Shown piece by piece: positions 40,507-54,366 of a stretch of DNA of 64,000 nt. Origin of the DNA: Eledone cirrhosa. Lineage: Eukaryota. How positions within the stretch are numbered: position 1 is the stretch's first letter; every line of letters begins with the position of its first letter. Made by a program: the position numbers and the translations under genes. The stretch is taken from contig OZ024745.1 in NCBI GenBank assembly GCA_964016885.1, forward strand, positions 49,166,001 through 49,230,000, read 5' to 3'. The notes beneath the pieces are model-generated. The model was given only the letters and a program-made list of their open reading frames with translations. It did not search any database and was not told where the DNA came from.

Positions 40507-41159
40507 TTTAAAATCGCAGCCTAAATCTTTGCTTTTAATCCCGCCTGGGGGTTATGTTTCTTTTTAGAGATCAAATATCAGGCTAGTCTATTCACACGAT
40601 CGCCTCTGTTGAATCATACAGATAATAAAACATTGCTTTTCTAGTTCTGTTATCTTATATAACCAGGTGTGTATAAAGAGAGAAGGAGTTTATTTAAAAT
40701 GCTCATGAACCAATAAGATAAACACTGTAGAAATCCGTTATTATATAATTGCATTTAAACATCTGCTGAAAACATTGAGAGGAACTATTATATAAGAACA
40801 TAAAAATAGAGCAGGCGAATTTAGTGTGTGTGAGAGAACGGGGGGGGGAGGGGGGGGGGGAGGAGTACTACTGGTGCAACAGTTGTTGTTATTGTTGTTT
40901 AGCTCCCAGGTCAACCCTGCACGAACAAAGCATCTCGTTTTCTATTTTCTTTTTGTGGTGGTGGCGGGTATTTCATGGTTTTCATTATAATACATTGCCT
41001 CTTCTTATTTGAGACGTTAAGGTGTGTAATTTGTAGGAGATTTTTGGCTGCTATTTCTGGCAAGTTATGTGCTCTCGTAGAGGCTTCCTCGCCGGCTCGC
41101 TGTTGTTATAATCTATTTATAATATTATTCTGCCCGCCATGATACTGAGTATTCCAGTA

Positions 41160-41965
41160 TTACGCTTTAAACATGGAACTGTGGTGAAGTATCTTTGCAA
41201 ACGTGATTCATCCATTCTTACCAGGTGGCCAGCTTTCTTACCAGGTGGCCAGCTCATCTCAGATTTGTGTTGATTAAGATTTCCTCCATACCCGGTGATT
41301 TTACAGTGTTTAAGAACCTCACTGTTTCTGATCTTGTCAGACCATTTGATGCCACAGATTCCTCTTCAGCATCGCATGTGGAATGAATCTAATTGTCTAA
41401 TGTGTTTGCGATACATGGTCCATGTCTTAGCATCATAAAAAAGTGTGATGAGTACAACAGCTTTATAAACTTCGATCTTCACTTCAAAGATACATCGCTA
41501 CAATCCCGTAGCCTGTTATACAATTTACCAAACGCAGACCTGGCCTTTGCAACTCGGTTCTCTACTTCCTTGTCCATTCTTGCATTACGAGTTATGACTG
41601 AGCTAACATCGGTTGATAGAGCAGATGGCTATTGCTCAGCGATAGGCTGATAAAAAGCACTTCAGTCTTTATAATGCTGATTGTAAGTCTGAACGCTTTA
41701 CATGCATCCGAAAAACCAGTTATAATAGTTTGCATATCTATCAAGTTGTGGGTCACAAGAGCACAATCATCCGCATATAGAAGATCACGGGTTGCTTGGA
41801 GAAGAGTCTTTGTTTTTTGCTTTAAACTCACTTATTGGTATCTTGAAAAGCATGCTCCAGTATGACTGAAAAAAAAAAGCGAAAAGAAGAGGCGCCATTG
41901 GTCCCATTGGGCACATCAAAAGGTTCTGAACATCGCCATCAGAGTTAACAGATGCTTTCATTCCA
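41160..41965 (-). mobile_element. Decayed RTE/BovB-clade LINE reverse transcriptase fragment
   Basis: RDLLYADDCALVTH...MQ.II..FS.AC.AF.LTISI.KTEV; EVENRVAKARSAFGKL; TWTMYRKHIRQLDSFHMRC..ICGIKWSDKI.N.EVL. Confidence 0.88.
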
Positions 41966-42504
41966 TAATTGTTTCTACTTTTGGCACAAGGCCAGCAATT
42001 ACTCAGTGTATTACTGGTACTTTATTTTATCGACCCCGTAAGGATGAAAGGCAAAGTCAACCTCAATGGAAGGATATTACGATGTCAAGCATTTTCTTCG
42101 GTATATCAAATATATATATATATGTGTGTGTGTGTACAAGCACCCGTGTAGGGAAAGGGCTTGTTTGTGTGTATATATGTGTGATTGCGAGCAAGTGTGT
42201 ATCTGTGTGTGGATATATGTATATGGGTACGTGTATATGTGTGTGTGCGTGGGTGGAAAAGGGGGGGGGGCTATGTATATGTCTGTGCTTGTTTGTGTGT
42301 ACAGGTATATATACGCGTATGCATGTATATGCACATGTGTGTGTGTATGTTGATGTATATAGGCATGTGGGCATGTGTCTGTGTTTGTACGTGCCTCTCT
42401 GGATGCATGTATGCGTATGTTTATATGTTTATATGTTCTCCTTAAATGTGTGTATAGCGGGCTTCTATGCGTACGACTGTCGTTATCTATGTGATTGTGT
42501 GTGT

Positions 42505-42572
<68 letters not shown>

Positions 42573-44126
42573 CAGCCGTCTGTCATGAATATCTACTTGT
42601 TCATCTCTTTTACACAATGTCGTTTTAATATTTCGTTTAAGCTCTAGAAAAAAGATTAGTATATTTATGATTCTATTGAGAAAATGATAGAATAAAAAAA
42701 CAGAAAAAGAATATAAAAATCTATTTAAAAGATTAAATCCGATATATGTTTTTCTTCAATGCAGTAATTGCAGACGTAATTAGTTTATACAACTCTTATA
42801 AAAAACATAATAACCTTCTCGTATCGCCCTACATTTTATGTGTTGAGTCAACATTGCTTAACTTGATTCCTCCTTTTCTATCGTATTTTCAATGCGTGTC
42901 AATTTGATGAAAGGTTGACATTGATCTGGGTTACACACTTTAGTAATTTAAGTAATCCTTACTTCCTCTTCTGAAATATTGTTAATTTATCGATCAATGT
43001 AATATTGTTATATTATCGATATATTGATTTTGAAGGAAGAAGACAAAAAATTAAGTAAAAAGCCAGCTAAAAGTTAATCAATAGCAAAAAGTAGACCAAA
43101 GTAGGTTCACTTTATTCACAAAGCTATATTTGTAATTCAGTTCACTATCTTTAAACAGAGTTTCAGTTTGTTTGCTTGTTTGTTTTTGTTTTTGTTTTGT
43201 TTTTGTTGCTTTCTTTGGTATCTATCGAATATCGATACTCAGATATTTTACAATAATTTGTCAACATATTCATCCACCACACTCTCTTATAACCTCATAC
43301 AAATAGATAATCTCATTCGTAAACAACTACACATACGTAGATAACTACACAGAGACAATCACACACATATAGACATTCACACATACACAACCATACACAT
43401 ACTCAACCACACACATATAGACATTCACACATACACAACCACACACATATAGACAATCACACACATATAGACATTCACACATACACAACCACACACATAG
43501 ACATTCACACAACCATACACATATAGACATTCACACATACACAACCATACACATATAGACAATCATACACATACTTAACCACACACACACATAAACAACT
43601 ACACACACTGATCTATTCCCCCCCCCCACACACACACACTGATCCCCCACACTCTGACCCTGAGCCCCCCACACTGACCCCGCACACTGCCCCCCCCCCC
43701 CCACATACACATACACTCCCCCCACACACTGATCCCCCCCCCCACATAGACTACCAGATACACCAGATACAATGAGAACTTTAATTTTATCTCTTCCTTT
43801 AAATGTTTTCCTTGTGTCATCTTAAACAGATTTCTTGATTAAAATAACCTACAGCCTACTTATTTATGAAAATCTCGTTAAGGGTATACGACTCTGTTTA
43901 GTGTTCAGCCACTCACGTGTTAATTCATGAGCAGGCTGTTCCGTTCTTCGGTAAACTAGAACACTCATCGTCGAAACAAACGGAGGTCCATCCTATATGG
44001 TGAATGGCATAAAAAAAGAAGTAAGATGCTGGTATGTAGAGTCCTTCTCAACACAGTTTCAATTGTCGCATGCAACCACCAATATCTTTAATAGCTAATG
44101 GGAAAGTTTAGAACATCACAACTTCT

Positions 44127-44350
44127 GTGTGGCGTAGAGGTCAGAATGCTGAGCTCACGATCGTATGGCCGTGAGTTCGATTCCCAGATTGAGTAGCACA
44201 TCGTGTCCTTCAGCAAGGCACTTTATTTCATGTTGCCTTACTCCACTCACCTGGCAAAAATAAGTTGTACCTATAATTCAATGGCCACCCTTGTCACACA
44301 TTGTGTCACGCCGAATCTCCTCGAGAACTACATTAAGAATGAACGTGTTT
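44127..44350 (+). mobile_element. Second tRNA-derived SINE family (gtgtccttgagcaaggcacttt core)
   Basis: tggcgtagagg...gagttcgattccc...gtgtccttcagcaaggcactttatttc; related copies at 49080-49250(+) and 39110-39250(-). Confidence 0.7.
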
Positions 44351-45947
44351 GGGCTGGAGCAGTCGTCGTCGAAAACGACGGATGTCCGATAATAAATACA
44401 GGTATTTCACCGATTTTCCGATACCCTTGGTTTCAGATCTGTGCCGGATTATACGTTTTGCTGACTCACAGCGGACATATAATAATAGTTCAGAGTAATT
44501 TCCTAAGAGACTTCTTACACGCTATTAATTTCTTCACTATGAAACTTTTGCGACACCCCTTTGTTTATTCATTAGAAAAACTCTCCCTATCTCCCATCTA
44601 TAATAATTTGCAGGTGCAAATGTTTAAAACAAAATCTGTTTGCGCTATTCCAAGGACAACAGATTAAGGCTGCCACTCAAGAATTTAGAATGACGGAACA
44701 AATGCTAACGTGTTAACAATTCCGCCAGCCCACTCTCCGGGACTGGTACTTTATTTTATCGACCACAAAAGGATGAAGTGCAAAGTTGACCTCGGCAGGA
44801 TTTGAACTGAGAGTTCAGTGAGCTCAAACAAATATCGTCGTATACTTTTGATAACAGTTTATGTCAATGGATTCTACATACTCCAAAATCCATTTGAGAA
44901 GCACACGAACGTCACATGATCTCCTTTCTATCCATTAAAATGTGAGGTAGTATATATCAAAACACACTCTCATTCCTCTTTTATTATAAACCCGAGGCTT
45001 AGTACCGATCTAAAGAATCAATGTAGGGATGAACTCTGTTTGATGTGTGTAACACACGCTATTGTCTTCTTCCGTGTAAAATAATTCAGTCCGAATTTAT
45101 TGATAAACTTCAAATGTTTCATTTTATTAAATATTTCTCAAAGGAAAAATACGAGGTACATTACAAATGAAGAAACCAGCAGCCAGCAAATGCTTATATC
45201 TCTAGCAGGTTAGTTTGACCTTGCTCCTACTCGAGGCTATAAATATTTGACCTTCTTTGAAAATGCTAATGAAAAAATACAAAGTAAAAAATGTATAATG
45301 AATAAAAACAGAAAAAAAAAAATAATAATAATAACATATAAAAATAACGCCCCCACAAAAAAGCACAACTGATATGAAAACATTGCGGTGATATGTGTTT
45401 AAAAAAAATTCATACATTAACGGTAACAGATCCTTTTTATTGTATCAACAACTGCAAACTATTTAATTCAATATCCGTTTCGCAAACTTCAAAGCAATAT
45501 TTCAGATACTTGATGTATAATCCAGTTATAGAAGAGATGTGATGATTCTTTTCCCATTAATCCACGAAAGCTTTCTTTACCTATCGACCTAACATCCATC
45601 TATCAACATCACTGCCATCTTTATGTTGCAACCGTTCATTCTTTGAACTTCTTTTATGTGGAAACATCTAATGCATTATTGTAGCGAACAATCATCATAA
45701 TTTTCAATTAAGAATCTCATCTCTAAACTCCTCTATTAAAACATACATGTCTATAGTTAACTAAATATATAATCTAAACTATAATAATATAATATAATAT
45801 AACAGACATATACATATATTCGTTTTGTTACTCTGGAGTTTCACCTGCTCTAGAGCAACAAGACTCACTATTTAGCCTTAATAGAATGAATATTTAAATT
45901 CTACTTTGGTATTGAGTACTCTTTTCTCTCGGCTGTCAAGTACGTAC

Positions 45948-46016
<69 letters not shown>

Positions 46017-46816
46017 CACATATATATATATATATATATATATATGAATAAATTTAGTCCTTCATCAGTGATCTTCCAACCTTCATTGGTATTTCATCGC
46101 TTTAAAGACCATATACCTCCGGTTGGTGCGAGCAACGGCTAAAGAAAGTCGTTGGGACACGTAAATAAGGGGAACGAGCGAGACTGTAAACAATCAAAGA
46201 TGGTGGTAATGCAACGAAAAGTGAGGAAGAAGGAGTCAAGTCCCTGAAATCAATGAATATCAATGAAGTTCTGTGAAATCGTGGACGAGAGAGAATAAAG
46301 ACCATCAAACCTGGTCGAAATGTGAGTAAGGAAAGAATTTCGCGCAGGTCAAACGGGAGGAAGAAGGAGTCAAGTCCCTGAAATCGGTGAACATAAGTTC
46401 TGTGAAATCGTAGACGAGAGAGAATAAAGAACAACCGACCTGGTCAAAGTGTGAGTGAGGAAAGAATTTCGCACAGGTCAAACGGGAGGAAGTAGGAGAG
46501 GGAGTAGCAGAGAGTGAGTGAGTGAAAGGTGAGGAAGAGGCTAACAGAGAGAGTGACTGTTAGAGGGGGTAAAGGGAAGTGAGAGATACAGAGAAAAGAG
46601 GAAGCAGTAAGAAAGAAACAGACGGGTCACAGCGGAGGAATTATATATATATATATATATCACCCCAGAAAGAATTTCATAGACTTTGGACTGAGGAATG
46701 TTCTCAAAACTGACCAATGGGAAGAGAGCCCTTACAAATCTTTATAACATTGAGATGGGTATAACACACACACACATTTTATTCGATTATTTTATTTTAT
46801 TTTGTTCCTTTACCAT

Positions 46817-46849
<33 letters not shown>

Positions 46850-46859
<10 letters not shown>

Positions 46860-48660
46860 AAATAAAATAAATAAGTCAAATGTTTAAAATTTGGCTTCGT
46901 TTATTACTGCTATATATATTTCGGTGACAGCCATCTTTGGCTGTGACCTCTTCAGGCAGTCCGAATTAGTGTGGTAGAGACGAGTACACATGTTGTTGAG
47001 GTGTATAACTTTGTCAATACTCTGATATGCCCAGTTCCTGGTTGGATTGTTATTTCACTGAGGAACTGGAATCATATGAATTTAAACAAACGAATTTCAG
47101 CGTCAAAGGGCCTCTTCTCCTCTCATTGGTCAGTTGTTAGAACATTCCTCAGTTAAAAGTCTATAGAAATTCGTTCTGAGGCAAGCCAATCTGTAGTTGT
47201 TGTTCTTGTTATTGTTAGGTACATCTGACCTCTATGCTTATGTTGGTAGTGGTGTTGTTGTTGGAGTCAGCTAAAAAAAATGATAAAGTGGTAGAAGGAA
47301 TAAGATGGTAAAGGAACAAAATAAAATAAAATAATCGAATAAAATGTGTGTGTGTGTTATACCCATCTCAATGTTATAAAGATTTGTAAGGTCACTCTTC
47401 CCATTGGGTTCTGCCATGTATATGAAGAAATAGAAGGCAATAAAATGAAGAAAACAGAAAATAAATAATAAATAGAGAATAAATGAAAAAATTAATGAAA
47501 AAGTAATGAAAAAGTAATGAAAAAAGAAAATGGAAAATGAAAAATGAAAATGAAAAGTGAAAAATAAAAATGAAGATTCAAATAAAATAAGATAAAATGT
47601 GTGTGTGCTATAACCAATATCAAGGTCAGAAACATGTTGGATAAAATGGTAGGAGGAACAAGATGGTAAAAGAATAAAACGAAATAGGATAATCAAATAA
47701 ATGTGTGTGCGTTATAACCAATCTCAACTTAAATATAAATATAAGGTGATAAAGTGAAGAAAACAGAAAACAAATAACAAATGAATAATGAGAAATCAAA
47801 AATGAAAAATAAAAAATGAAGTAAAGTAAAATGTGTGTGTGTTATAAAGATGTTGGCCAAATTATAAAGGCTGTGTCAGAATCGATCTCTAGGCTATCAT
47901 GATGTCTGCTCAGCCTGGGTTGGTCCCTATGGCTTGAGGGGAGTTCCCAACCTATGGTGTTGTTACTGCCCATATAGCTTGATGGAGGTCTGGCCGAGAG
48001 GTGTCTACATGTTCTGGAGAAGTCCCTATAGCTTGAGGGGAGTTCCATCTTATTGTGTTGCTACTGTCCATATATCTTGAGGAAGGTTCCGGCCCTGAGG
48101 TGTCTGCATGTCCCGAAGAAGTCGGTTCTGAGGTTTATCAGGCCGCTTCCACCTCTTAGTATCTCGAGGGTCTCGTTCAGACATAGTTTGCATATGCAAG
48201 ATCCCCCTTTATCGGGTGGCACTTTCCTGATTATGGACCAGGCCAGAGAGTACGGGGGTCCTGTCCAGCTTAAGCTTCCAGATCAGGTCGGAGAGAGCCG
48301 TACTTTTCCTTTTGGCCTCCTTATTGATGAAATGGCGATGGTTATACCAGCAGTCTTTAAAGCTCGTTGATGTGGCTCCTATGTAGAGGTGTTCGGAGTT
48401 GAGGGTTTTAACCTTACAACCGTATACTAGGTTCTTCTTAAGGCATTCATTACCAAGGGGGCATGATTCGGGTTTCTGCAGTTGCAGAGGGTGGTTGACC
48501 TCTGCGTGCCTAGATTGGGGTTCCCGTTAGGTGTTACATGGTGGTCTTCCCCCAGGCACGGTGGGGGTCCCCGGGCCTGTTTGGGTTTCTTGGATGGGCA
48601 CTGGGACTCCCCTTCTCTCCTTTCACATGGTTCTGCTGAGTGGTTGTATTGCCATATACT
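46850..48660 (-). mobile_element. 5'-truncated Penelope-like element (Naiad-type): GIY-YIG domain, 3' UTR and hammerhead pLTR, between (TA)n tracts
   Basis: 48100-48490 minus: CNCRNP..CPLGNECLKKNLVYGCKV...LYIGATSTSFK..WYNH...STALSDLIWKLK...WSII...CKLCLNE..EI...INLRTDFFGTCRH (two frameshifts); HHR at 46906-46960. Confidence 0.88.
46906..46960 (-). ncRNA. Intact minimal type I hammerhead ribozyme
   Basis: Reverse complement ACUGC-CUGAAGA-GGUCACAGCCA-AAGA-UGGCUGUCACC-GAAA-U-AUAU-A-UA-GCAGU: 5-bp stem I, long stem II, minimal stem III with palindromic loop. Confidence 0.85.
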
Positions 48661-48680
48661 CAAAATTTATATATATATAT

Positions 48681-48844
48681 ATAGATGAGATTCTACAGGA
48701 CTAGAACTGTTTCATTCATTTGATTTCTAATGAATGAAACAGTTCTAGTCCTGTAGAATCTCATCTATATTAAAACTGTTATACTCTGCTATGTATTGAG
48801 TACCTTACTTACTGTGGTTACCTCCGATTCAACCCGGAATAACG

Positions 48845-48845
<1 letters not shown>
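48681..48845 (+). mobile_element. Second copy of the palindromic (TA)n-inserted element
   Basis: Arms 48681-48720 and 48729-48768 with loop tgatttct; tail matches the reverse complement of 15883-15960. Confidence 0.85.
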
Positions 48846-48877
<32 letters not shown>

Positions 48878-51359
48878 CTCTCTTTATAGTCTTTGCTTTC
48901 TCTTCCTCTCTAGAAGAAATCGGCTGGAGCATGGAGGAGTTACGCGACCCTATACACATATATATATAATATTCTATTAAATCCATATATGGCTTAACGG
49001 GAGCGGGGCAGGGGGTTAGATATTCCTATTTCATTTTTTTATAGACAATGATATTTTCATACAATCCTGTATATGAGAAGACGCGTGATTTAGTAATTAA
49101 TGTGTTAGGCTCACGATCGTAAGGTCACAAGTTCGATTCCCAGACCAGGCAGACACTTTATTTCACGTTGCTCCAATGCATTAAGCTGGGGAAATGAGTT
49201 GCGGCGACCATGTTCGGTTTGCCTTTTCGTTGGACAAAATCAGTAACGTGGAGGGAGGAGACTGATATGTGTGAATGACAGTGGTTCTTCTATCAGGTAG
49301 CTTTCCAGGTACAAAGTCATGGTCAACCATGATCGTAGGTGGCCTTAATACAACAACAATATTAAATAGATAATGATAATGCACGACACAGAAAATCTAA
49401 AATATGATTAATATAAGTATAATTACAAAATGTAAGAAATATAGACGAAGAATCCACCCCAGTACATTACTGGTACTTTTTTTATCGACCTCGAAAGGAT
49501 GAAAGGTAAAGTTGATCACAGCGGGATTTGAACACAGAGAGCAGAGAGCCGGATCGAATACCATAAACATTCTATCCAACGTTCTAACAACTCTGCCAAT
49601 TCGCCGCCTAGTTCAGTACTAGGATCGATTATTTTTCACTTCCTTTCTCTCACTATCTCTCTTCTTCTCTGGAAGGGATTAGCTGCGTTCAGATGTCGAA
49701 AGAATATGTGTTCTAATAGGAGTTACATATCCATGCTTACATAATACATATTTTGCATTACATGGTTGAATTTATCCTATAGAATTAACTCCTTTTCATA
49801 ATCATGTAATTTATTATGATAAGAATCTACACACGAGGGACGAATAATAATAATGAAATAAGAATGTCAACAGTTTATATGTAAAATCGCCGCTGATTTC
49901 TAAAAGCAGATTTCTAAAAGGAGAACTGTACACACCATCACTACCACCACAACTATCAACATAGAAATACAATTATATGAAGCTCTTTAGAAACCATTTA
50001 TTTGCCCATAGTCTGCATCAAACCAAATGGAGCATATTTTAAAAGACAATAAGCTCCATTGAAAAAGACAATAAACTACAGAAAGAAGAGAAGAACAATA
50101 TGCTATATATAGAACAAAACTCAGTAAAGGAAACGAGACTATATTTATTCAATAATATTGATATGAAAAGAATAGTTGAGAAAAAAGGATCCAGTACACT
50201 AGTTTCAGTTTATTGATTTCTTTTAATTGGGTATAAAAATTCTGATTTATTAGGAAGTTTGTTTTTATTGTCTAGTGAAAAAGGGAAGATTAGTGTCCAT
50301 GACAGTTTTCAAAGCCTCCGAAGAAGTGAAGGAAGGAGGTGTTCTGAAATCAGAGATCTAGTCCAAATGCATGCAAGAATAGACTTCACTTGAGTCACTT
50401 AAGAGTCAAATGATGTTGTTAAATAAGGCGACGCATTAAGTATACAATCCGGGTAGAATACAGCGGAATTCGAACTCAGAACGCAAAAAGCCAGAATAAG
50501 TCCTGCAAAGTATTTCACCTCTAGTAATTTTGACAAATCACTTCTGTATTCAGACCTGGGTTCCAACAGGTTTTAGAAAATGCCCCAGAAACGCCTTATG
50601 TCAATATGGCGTTCCTACGATTCCCTCAGGAGTTACGAGACCATACATATTAGAAGAGAAAATACATTTTAGCTTAAAGTAAAAAAATTCCTTCTTAAAT
50701 ATACACGTCCTATTTATATATATGTGTTACAATTCCAGAATAAATTAGACTTTGTTGCAGATGTTTATATATTCGTGTTGAGAGTCTCAGTTGACAGAAA
50801 TGTCTCGAAAGATATCATTGAATATTTCTAGTTGTTTCAGAAACTAATCCATTACTGAATATGTTTGCTTCTCTTTTAAGCTAATAAAATGTACGCTGCT
50901 GGAAAAACAATTTAGTATTCGATATTAGATATTATAAACAACAATTTGAGACGGCAAAGAGAAACAACTACACTTATGTGAGCCAAATATCTTATCTGTC
51001 AATTACTGGGCAACTGCGTTGCGTGGTTCAAGTTCTGTCAGTGCTCTGATTCAAATTGGCAGTAGCACTAAGATAGCGTTGAGTATAATAAAGGTGTATA
51101 TGAAGGAATATACTATAAACTAGAGTCTATATAGATTTTATATGATGAACATTTGCTGGTGATGCTCATTTGCATATAGCAAACTGAAAAACATTGGTTG
51201 GCAATGGCTCATTCGCATATACTGCGAACTAGGCTGGTTATAATTAATTAGCACTAAGATAGCGTTAAGCATATTAGAGGTGTATCAGAAAGTATATACT
51301 ATATGTTTATGCACAATAAATAAATGAGAGCCTGACTATGAAAGAAAAAATATGTTTTC

Positions 51360-52557
51360 GTTCCTCACGAAAATACTACTAAGAGTATATGCAAATACAA
51401 AAATCTCCAGTATAAATATATCTATAAAAGCAAACCTAAATACTACTGGAATATATACACACACAAAAATATCTACACTGTCTATATATCAAAAGTGTGT
51501 CGATTCAAATATAGAAATGTGTTTAATGTAGTATACAAGATGCGTGCTATCATATACACACGTAACTACCATTATACACGAAAGTATAGAATAGACACAT
51601 GTGTACGTCGACACTGAAATAACAGTCTGTCTTTGGTGAGTAATCTTATTGAACTGAGGCGTCATTTATAATCAACAGTATGTCAGAGTTTGAGCGAGAA
51701 TATTTTAATAGTTTCACTATAAATGTATTTTTTTTTAAATCTTGATGTACCACTTAATTTACTATTCACATATATGAAAAATCAATAACACATTTTGGAA
51801 TTCGTCGTTTGACTCGGTAATCGGGAAAATAAATGACCGCAAGGTTGTTGTTTCAAATTTCAGTTTTCTCCTTACAGCCGGTTTCTAAGTTTTTCTACAG
51901 AAGAAATTTGAGAAGTTTGAAAACATGATATTCGTCAGAAATATTTGACAAACAACGGAAAATTGGTGTAAAATATAGTTTATTTTTCTTTTGTTCAGAT
52001 CGGTATGTTTGATGTTTTCCTTAACACTGTACTAAGTCGTATAGTGGAATATTATATAATTTCAATATTTTGGAAATGAAAATCTTATGATATGGTGCTC
52101 AGATATTTCCCTTGAACTATATAAAAAATACTTTTTTCTTTACATGGATAGTAAAAGTTAAATTTAAAAACAAACAAACAGTAAATGATGGTATTTCTTA
52201 TTAAAAGCAAGGCATTATACAAAGCTAAAAAAAAAAAAGATTTAAGAGGTCGTCGGATGCGAGAACACGACTTGAAGGCGAGGCATCCAACACTAAGCAA
52301 GTATACAAGGACTAATTAATTTTCTCGGAATTAAATACGAGCTAGAGTTCCGTCATTGTCACTGCATTGTGTTTATGCCAAACATATTTAATTCTCGAGC
52401 AACTGGACAGACCACCGAACTATAAATATTAAAGGGTACTTGAAACTAAGTGTTCTAAATTATTGACTGCTTTGTTAACCAGCAGTGAGGAGTTAATATT
52501 TCGTGTTATAGTTTAAATAATGATTAACCTCACCTGGTAGACTTCTTTTAGATATAC
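51360..52557 (+). repeat. Segmental duplication copy A (copy B about 60450-61950)
   Basis: Direct alignment by eye; copy B has about 305 extra bp (about 61289-61594). Confidence 0.92.
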
Positions 52558-52760
52558 AGTATGTGACAGATAAGTCAGAAACTGCTGTCGGTAACTTCTT
52601 CTTGCTTCTGCTAGAACTCGGTAGGTGGTACCTTGCCACCACCTTTAGACATCCATAGCTAAAGGCATTCAAATATTTATTCGTAAATATATCGTGTATT
52701 ATTCGATATACAAACTGTACATATGTTTATGTATACAGCTATGCTGGAGTGAACACCTTG

Positions 52761-52826
<66 letters not shown>

Positions 52827-54333
52827 ATACAGCTATTTATAACCGGTGGATCAGAGGACTACCTTAACCCGGGTATACCCGATTTACATTACTAGTGCTT
52901 TGTTTGCGACGTATGCAATTACTTAATTATATTTGCACTAAATAGCTGATATGGATATCTTGTAATGAACCACAATGTATATCTTACGTTCTAGCATTAG
53001 CCGCAATTTTATTTATGTGTAATGAACATGTTACGGCAAATGTATACACGTGTCTGTTTATGAATGTTTCTTTTGACAGAAAATTCGCTGTTTAGTGGAT
53101 TTATAGTTAATTAATATTTCATATCGTGTCAACCCCGATGCAGTACTATGTCTGTAACACAGTTAGTTAATGCTGAAAGATTGCTATTAATTAAGTTCAA
53201 TCAACAACATATCATTAATCCAGATCTACACCAACTACTTCAAACATTCTTCATCGCAGCTCAGTGTTGATTGAAACATAAATAATGATGATGATGACGA
53301 TGATGATGATGATCATGCTGATGAGGATGATGATGCGGAGGAGGAAGGTCTTTGGAGAAATGTTATAGTAAATAGACTTTGCGAAAGGAGTGGAGCCGAA
53401 ATATTATTTTTCCGAAGTTTATGAAGTATAATGTTGGTAAGGAAGTAAATTACATGAACAGATTGAAAGCATTTATGCCGGGAATTATAGTCAAGCCAGA
53501 TTTTCATCATATTTCATCGGTATGATGAAAGTAAAGCAAATAGAATTATCAGACAGATTGGAAGGAATCCAGCTGAGTCATAACTGATGTTTTAGATGCT
53601 GATCACACGCCGTTATGTAACTTGATTGAAGATAAAGTATTTGGTTCTCTGTTTTGGGATGGGCTCTTGTCTAGAATATGAAGTGACAAACATAGTAAAA
53701 CTATTAGCAAATAAATAAAATATTCAAAGTCTTTTTTTTATTCTAGGTTACCTTTCTGAAGGAACTTTTATGATGCCATTCAGTGGGAATAAAATTGTGT
53801 AAGGGAATCTTCATGTTCATAAAATTCATGCTATTTTAGAAATAGCCATTACACCCTGGAACAGTCATTTCAACCATTAAATACAAAATAAATATAAAGC
53901 AATAACGCAGAAAAAGTGTTAAATTCACTTTTCATTTATAAGCGATAAGGTCAACGACACAGTTCCACTGAATTGTACTTTAGTTTCAAAATATGCTCTC
54001 AGATCAAATCACTTGCTATTCATTTAAAAATTATTTTTTTTATTGGTAATATATTTAAGTTTGTCTGATGCATTTGAATATGGTTCTGATATCACCCTCG
54101 CTCACTCGCTGAGTCCCTTCTCTTTCAGTTTTTCTGTTTTTCGGAGCACAGAACAACACTATCATATATGTTCCGGACACACATTAGACAATAGTTGCAC
54201 TTCATATTAAGACATATATACCTCACTCGTAAATAAAACTATATATATAGACTAGAACGCGCTAAAACACATATATGTTATATATCTCTCTCTCTCACAC
54301 ACTACACTACACACACACACACACACACATACA

Positions 54334-54366
<33 letters not shown>

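Noticed and set aside
44127-44200. tRNA gene
   Set aside because: A/B boxes are the head of a SINE; no complete cloverleaf
47030-47070. SECIS element (some Naiad PLEs encode selenoproteins)
   Set aside because: The hairpin ccagttcct...aggaactgg is present but I could not identify the AUGA/GA quartet with an apical AA, and saw no in-frame UGA at the conserved Cys positions read here
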